Part shown: positions 61,615-64,000 of the stretch, one piece after another
How the letters are laid out: each line of letters starts with the position of its first letter
How positions within the stretch are numbered: position 1 is the first letter of the stretch
Virus record (IMG/VR): IMGVR_UViG_3300021963_000022
Strand: one strand, 5' to 3'
DNA: 64,000 nt
Source: a virus
Lineage: Duplodnaviria > Caudoviricetes
Translations under genes and position numbers: made by a program
Notes under the pieces: generated by a model
What the model was told of the DNA's origin: nothing
The model's database searches: none
What the model saw: only the letters and a program-made list of their open reading frames with translations

Positions 61615-61838
61615 CATTTACATTTCCTGACAAAACTATCAAAACGATTCGCAAAAGTGATCCTGATTTTACGATTATTAACGGGATAACTATGGCTCCG
61701 CGTGCCGGATTTGAAATTGCAAAAGAATGCCCTAGAGAATATAGGATGATTATCAGCACATGTATTAATAATGGATGGCTCAATCCTATAGCCTTTCTGA
61801 AAGAATCAGAATATACTTGGGAAAAATTAGGAAAATAA
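61611..61838 (+). CDS. Hypothetical protein
   Basis: 75 aa, ATGA overlap. Confidence 0.55.
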   Translation: MTFTFPDKTIKTIRKSDPDFTIINGITMAPRAGFEIAKECPREYRMIISTCINNGWLNPIAFLKESEYTWEKLGK

Positions 61839-61839
61839 C

Positions 61840-62100
61840 ATGAATGATGATGAAAAAGAAATTAAGTTTAATGTTGATGGTTACAGCCGAGAGCATATCC
61901 GAATGCTTGATACCATGTGGAGTAAAAAAACTACGGAAGAATATCAGGAATGGTTAAATGGTTTAACCACAAAAGAATTAGAAATGGCACTACAACTTAG
62001 CACAATACTATTGATGGAAATTATAGAACGTGATAAAATGAGTGACATTTCAGTAGCTAAGAACTACTTGAAGAAGTTTACATTAAAAGGAACACAATGA
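61840..62100 (+). CDS. Hypothetical protein
   Basis: 86 aa, AGGA SD. Confidence 0.55.
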   Translation: MNDDEKEIKFNVDGYSREHIRMLDTMWSKKTTEEYQEWLNGLTTKELEMALQLSTILLMEIIERDKMSDISVAKNYLKKFTLKGTQ

Positions 62101-62552
62101 ACTTAAAAGCTAAACCTATTATTAAAAATCAATACTGGGTAGTCACTGATGGTGAGAAAAAAGTAGGTAATGTTATTGCTGAAGGGAGTGGCTATGAGTT
62201 GAAGCTAGGGAAGAATTCACAACACTTTACAACTACTAAAGCTATTGAAAAGACTGCTAGTATTGAATTTGAGAACGTAAAGAAAGTAGTTAATCCTGAA
62301 CTACCTTTTTCAGTATTCCCCACTACGTCAAACAGGGTATATAACAGTGTATTAGATGTAAAACGTAAACTACATTTATTTACTGAAACACCTAAAAGCA
62401 AATGTTATCATGTTGCAGGTTGGTTTGCACTTAAACAAGATATTGAGTATGAAACAGTTTTTTGCCCAAAATATATATTTGTACAGCGTTATCCTTACAT
62501 CGGTCCGTTTAAAACTGAATCAGAAGCAAAAAGTAGCATAAATAGTATATGA
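62097..62552 (+). CDS. Conserved phage hypothetical protein
   Basis: 151 aa; SKCYHVAGWF...FCPK...RY.Y.GPFKT. Confidence 0.65.
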   Translation: MNLKAKPIIKNQYWVVTDGEKKVGNVIAEGSGYELKLGKNSQHFTTTKAIEKTASIEFENVKKVVNPELPFSVFPTTSNRVYNSVLDVKRKLHLFTETPKSKCYHVAGWFALKQDIEYETVFCPKYIFVQRYPYIGPFKTESEAKSSINSI

Positions 62553-62749
62553 TTCAAATTAAGCGTTTTATTGATAAAATAGCAGGTATTGACAGCAGGC
62601 AAGGTAAAGATGTAGTTTTACCTATATCTGATGCACGTGCATTACGTGATGAGATTACAAAATTGTTATTAGATCAAAAAGAAAACGCTACAACTTCAGT
62701 ACAAAATAATGAAACTATTGAAGTTGTGATGAGAGGTGGTAGTTTTTAA
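62549..62749 (+). CDS. Conserved phage hypothetical protein
   Basis: 66 aa, operonic overlaps. Confidence 0.6.
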   Translation: MIQIKRFIDKIAGIDSRQGKDVVLPISDARALRDEITKLLLDQKENATTSVQNNETIEVVMRGGSF

Positions 62750-63042
62750 TGAGTAGAACACAACCAAAAGTATTATTAGAGCATGTTGATAAAGAAACAT
62801 ACAAATCCGATCAAATTGTAGAAGCATCAGGAATTTGGGCTGTATTTTATGACGAACAACCTATCAATCTAAAAAGTCAGCACTACCTGGATAGTGAAGC
62901 TGTACCTAAGTATAAAAAGACAAGTTTTAGTAATCCAGGTCATGCACGTAATTTGTGCCGTAAACTTAACAAACAATTTAAAACAGACAAATTTTCTGTA
63001 GTGTTTATGAATAACGGTACCAAAGTGTACCCAGATGACTAA
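62749..63042 (+). CDS. Conserved phage hypothetical protein
   Basis: 97 aa; KYKKTSFSNPGHA.NL..KLN. Confidence 0.65.
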   Translation: MSRTQPKVLLEHVDKETYKSDQIVEASGIWAVFYDEQPINLKSQHYLDSEAVPKYKKTSFSNPGHARNLCRKLNKQFKTDKFSVVFMNNGTKVYPDD

Positions 63043-63430
63043 GCCAAGTTATAAAGAACTTATCACAGAAACTGTACTTAACCAGTTAAAAGACAAAAAC
63101 TGGTCACAAGAAGAAGCAATGAAAAAATGGTGGATGACCGTGCGTAGTGACCGCGGTCTTCGCCTAACCGACATGGGTGATATGTGCTTCCGTTATGCTG
63201 ATTTAGAATTCTATGAGTATAAGCTAACAATGGACAAAGAACAAAGTATGTATTTTAATATACTTGAACTTAGTAAGAAAATAAAATGTCCTTATTATCT
63301 CGGTGTAAATAAAATTGAAGGAAAAAAGAGTGAGCCATATATAAGATTGTATGATAGTAGAATTGCTATTATGATTAGTTTATATGGAAATATCATGGAT
63401 TACTTAAAATCATTGAAAGAAAGAACATGA
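63035..63430 (+). CDS. Conserved phage hypothetical protein
   Basis: 131 aa; GLRLT..G...CPYY. Confidence 0.6.
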   Translation: MTKPSYKELITETVLNQLKDKNWSQEEAMKKWWMTVRSDRGLRLTDMGDMCFRYADLEFYEYKLTMDKEQSMYFNILELSKKIKCPYYLGVNKIEGKKSEPYIRLYDSRIAIMISLYGNIMDYLKSLKERT

Positions 63431-63594
63431 CAGAAGAAAAGAAAAGTAAAAACCCGTTTATCAATTTAGCTAATGCCGCTAAGAAAGATAGTAAACATCC
63501 CGGTTTAGGTAAAGCTCCTAAATCACAAGGACCTAAGCCAACTAGAGGTTCAGGTGGTGCAACGATGGTAAGAAGAAGTGGACGTGGTGGTTAA
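63427..63594 (+). CDS. Small basic Gly/Lys-rich protein (55 aa, not in track)
   Basis: MTEEKKSKNPFINLANAAKK...RRSGRGG; ATGA overlap. Confidence 0.55.
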   Translation: MTEEKKSKNPFINLANAAKKDSKHPGLGKAPKSQGPKPTRGSGGATMVRRSGRGG

Positions 63595-63675
63595 CATAGT
63601 GTCAACGAAACACTATACTACCGCGTTATATATATACACAATACAATATTGTGTTTAACCTAAAGGAAACTTAAA

Positions 63676-63921
63676 ATGAAAACATTAGCAATCGCCCTAA
63701 TCGCTACATTGTCAGTAGCAACAGCAATGGCTCAGGCTCCTGCCGCTAAGCCAGCAACACCTGCTAAAGCAGAAGCACCAAAAGAAGAAATGAAGTTAGC
63801 TAAGAAGAAAGCTGACAAAGACGCAGAAGCAAAGGCTAAGAAAGACGCTACTAAAAGCCCTGCCAAAGCAGAAGCTACATCGGCTGCACCTGCTAAGCCA
63901 GAAGCCAAACCAGCCAAGTGA
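63676..63921 (+). CDS. Small secreted Ala/Lys/Pro-rich protein with Sec signal peptide
   Basis: MKTLAIALIATLSVATAMA|QAPAAK...; AAGGA SD. Confidence 0.7.
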   Translation: MKTLAIALIATLSVATAMAQAPAAKPATPAKAEAPKEEMKLAKKKADKDAEAKAKKDATKSPAKAEATSAAPAKPEAKPAK

Positions 63922-64000
63922 AGTAGATGATGACTATGAACCTGATACATCTGATTCAGATATGCATCGTGGTTACGGTCGTCCTAGACTAACTAATCTT

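Noticed and set aside
831-63950. Numerous antisense or nested ORFs in the six-frame track (e.g. 1019..1345, 5584..5925, 6583..7200, 11723..12142, 18145..18531, 45425..45745, 55740..56000, 63732..63950)
   Set aside because: They lie opposite or within well-supported genes, lack SD or promoter support, and have shadow-ORF composition.
1-64000. Stop-codon reassignment (TAG/TGA recoding as in some jumbo phages)
   Set aside because: Recognisable enzymes are full length in the standard code, and genes abut with normal TAA/TGA stops.
63800-64000. Open +1 frame running off the window end (SEVDDDYEPDTSDSDMHRGYGRPRLTNL)
   Set aside because: It looks protein-like, but I could not place a convincing start and it is truncated by the window edge, so it is not called.

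Overview
A 64-kb, AT-rich, gene-dense piece of a large T4-related (jumbo-type) myophage genome, read in the standard genetic code and almost all on the + strand. I saw no tRNA, rRNA, CRISPR array, integrase or transposase. In order, it holds: tail fibre, baseplate and GH19 endolysin genes (1-6.4 kb); a DnaE fragment, GroES-like protein, clamp loader, PhoH, holin, DnaJ and ClpA (7-16 kb); late/virion genes including long mosaic proteins and fibres (16.5-34 kb); family-B DNA polymerase and sliding clamp (34.7-38.2 kb); a 7-deazaguanine DNA-modification cluster (DpdA-like TGT, DpdL-like, FolE, QueD, QueE; no QueC in the window) mixed with two GT-B glycosyltransferases, a cytidylyltransferase, an aldolase, an epimerase and an R67/DfrB-type DHFR (39-52 kb); an inverted four-gene late island with ADP-ribosyltransferase-like, kinase-like and gp88 modules (52-56.6 kb); then UvdE, RNase H and small conserved genes. 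Two patterns stand out. (1) Many late proteins start with a T4 capsid-targeting-like leader (MRAxEFxxE|A) and are built from unrelated modules joined by prohead-protease-like (V/L/I)-x-E|(G/A/S) linkers, some followed by hidden export-signal-like peptides. This suggests a packaged polyprotein effector system. (2) The DpdA-like enzyme and one glycosyltransferase end in the same LFT(F/L) tail as the DNA polymerase, which suggests sliding-clamp-tethered DNA hypermodification. All family assignments are by-eye motif recognition; no database searches were run.
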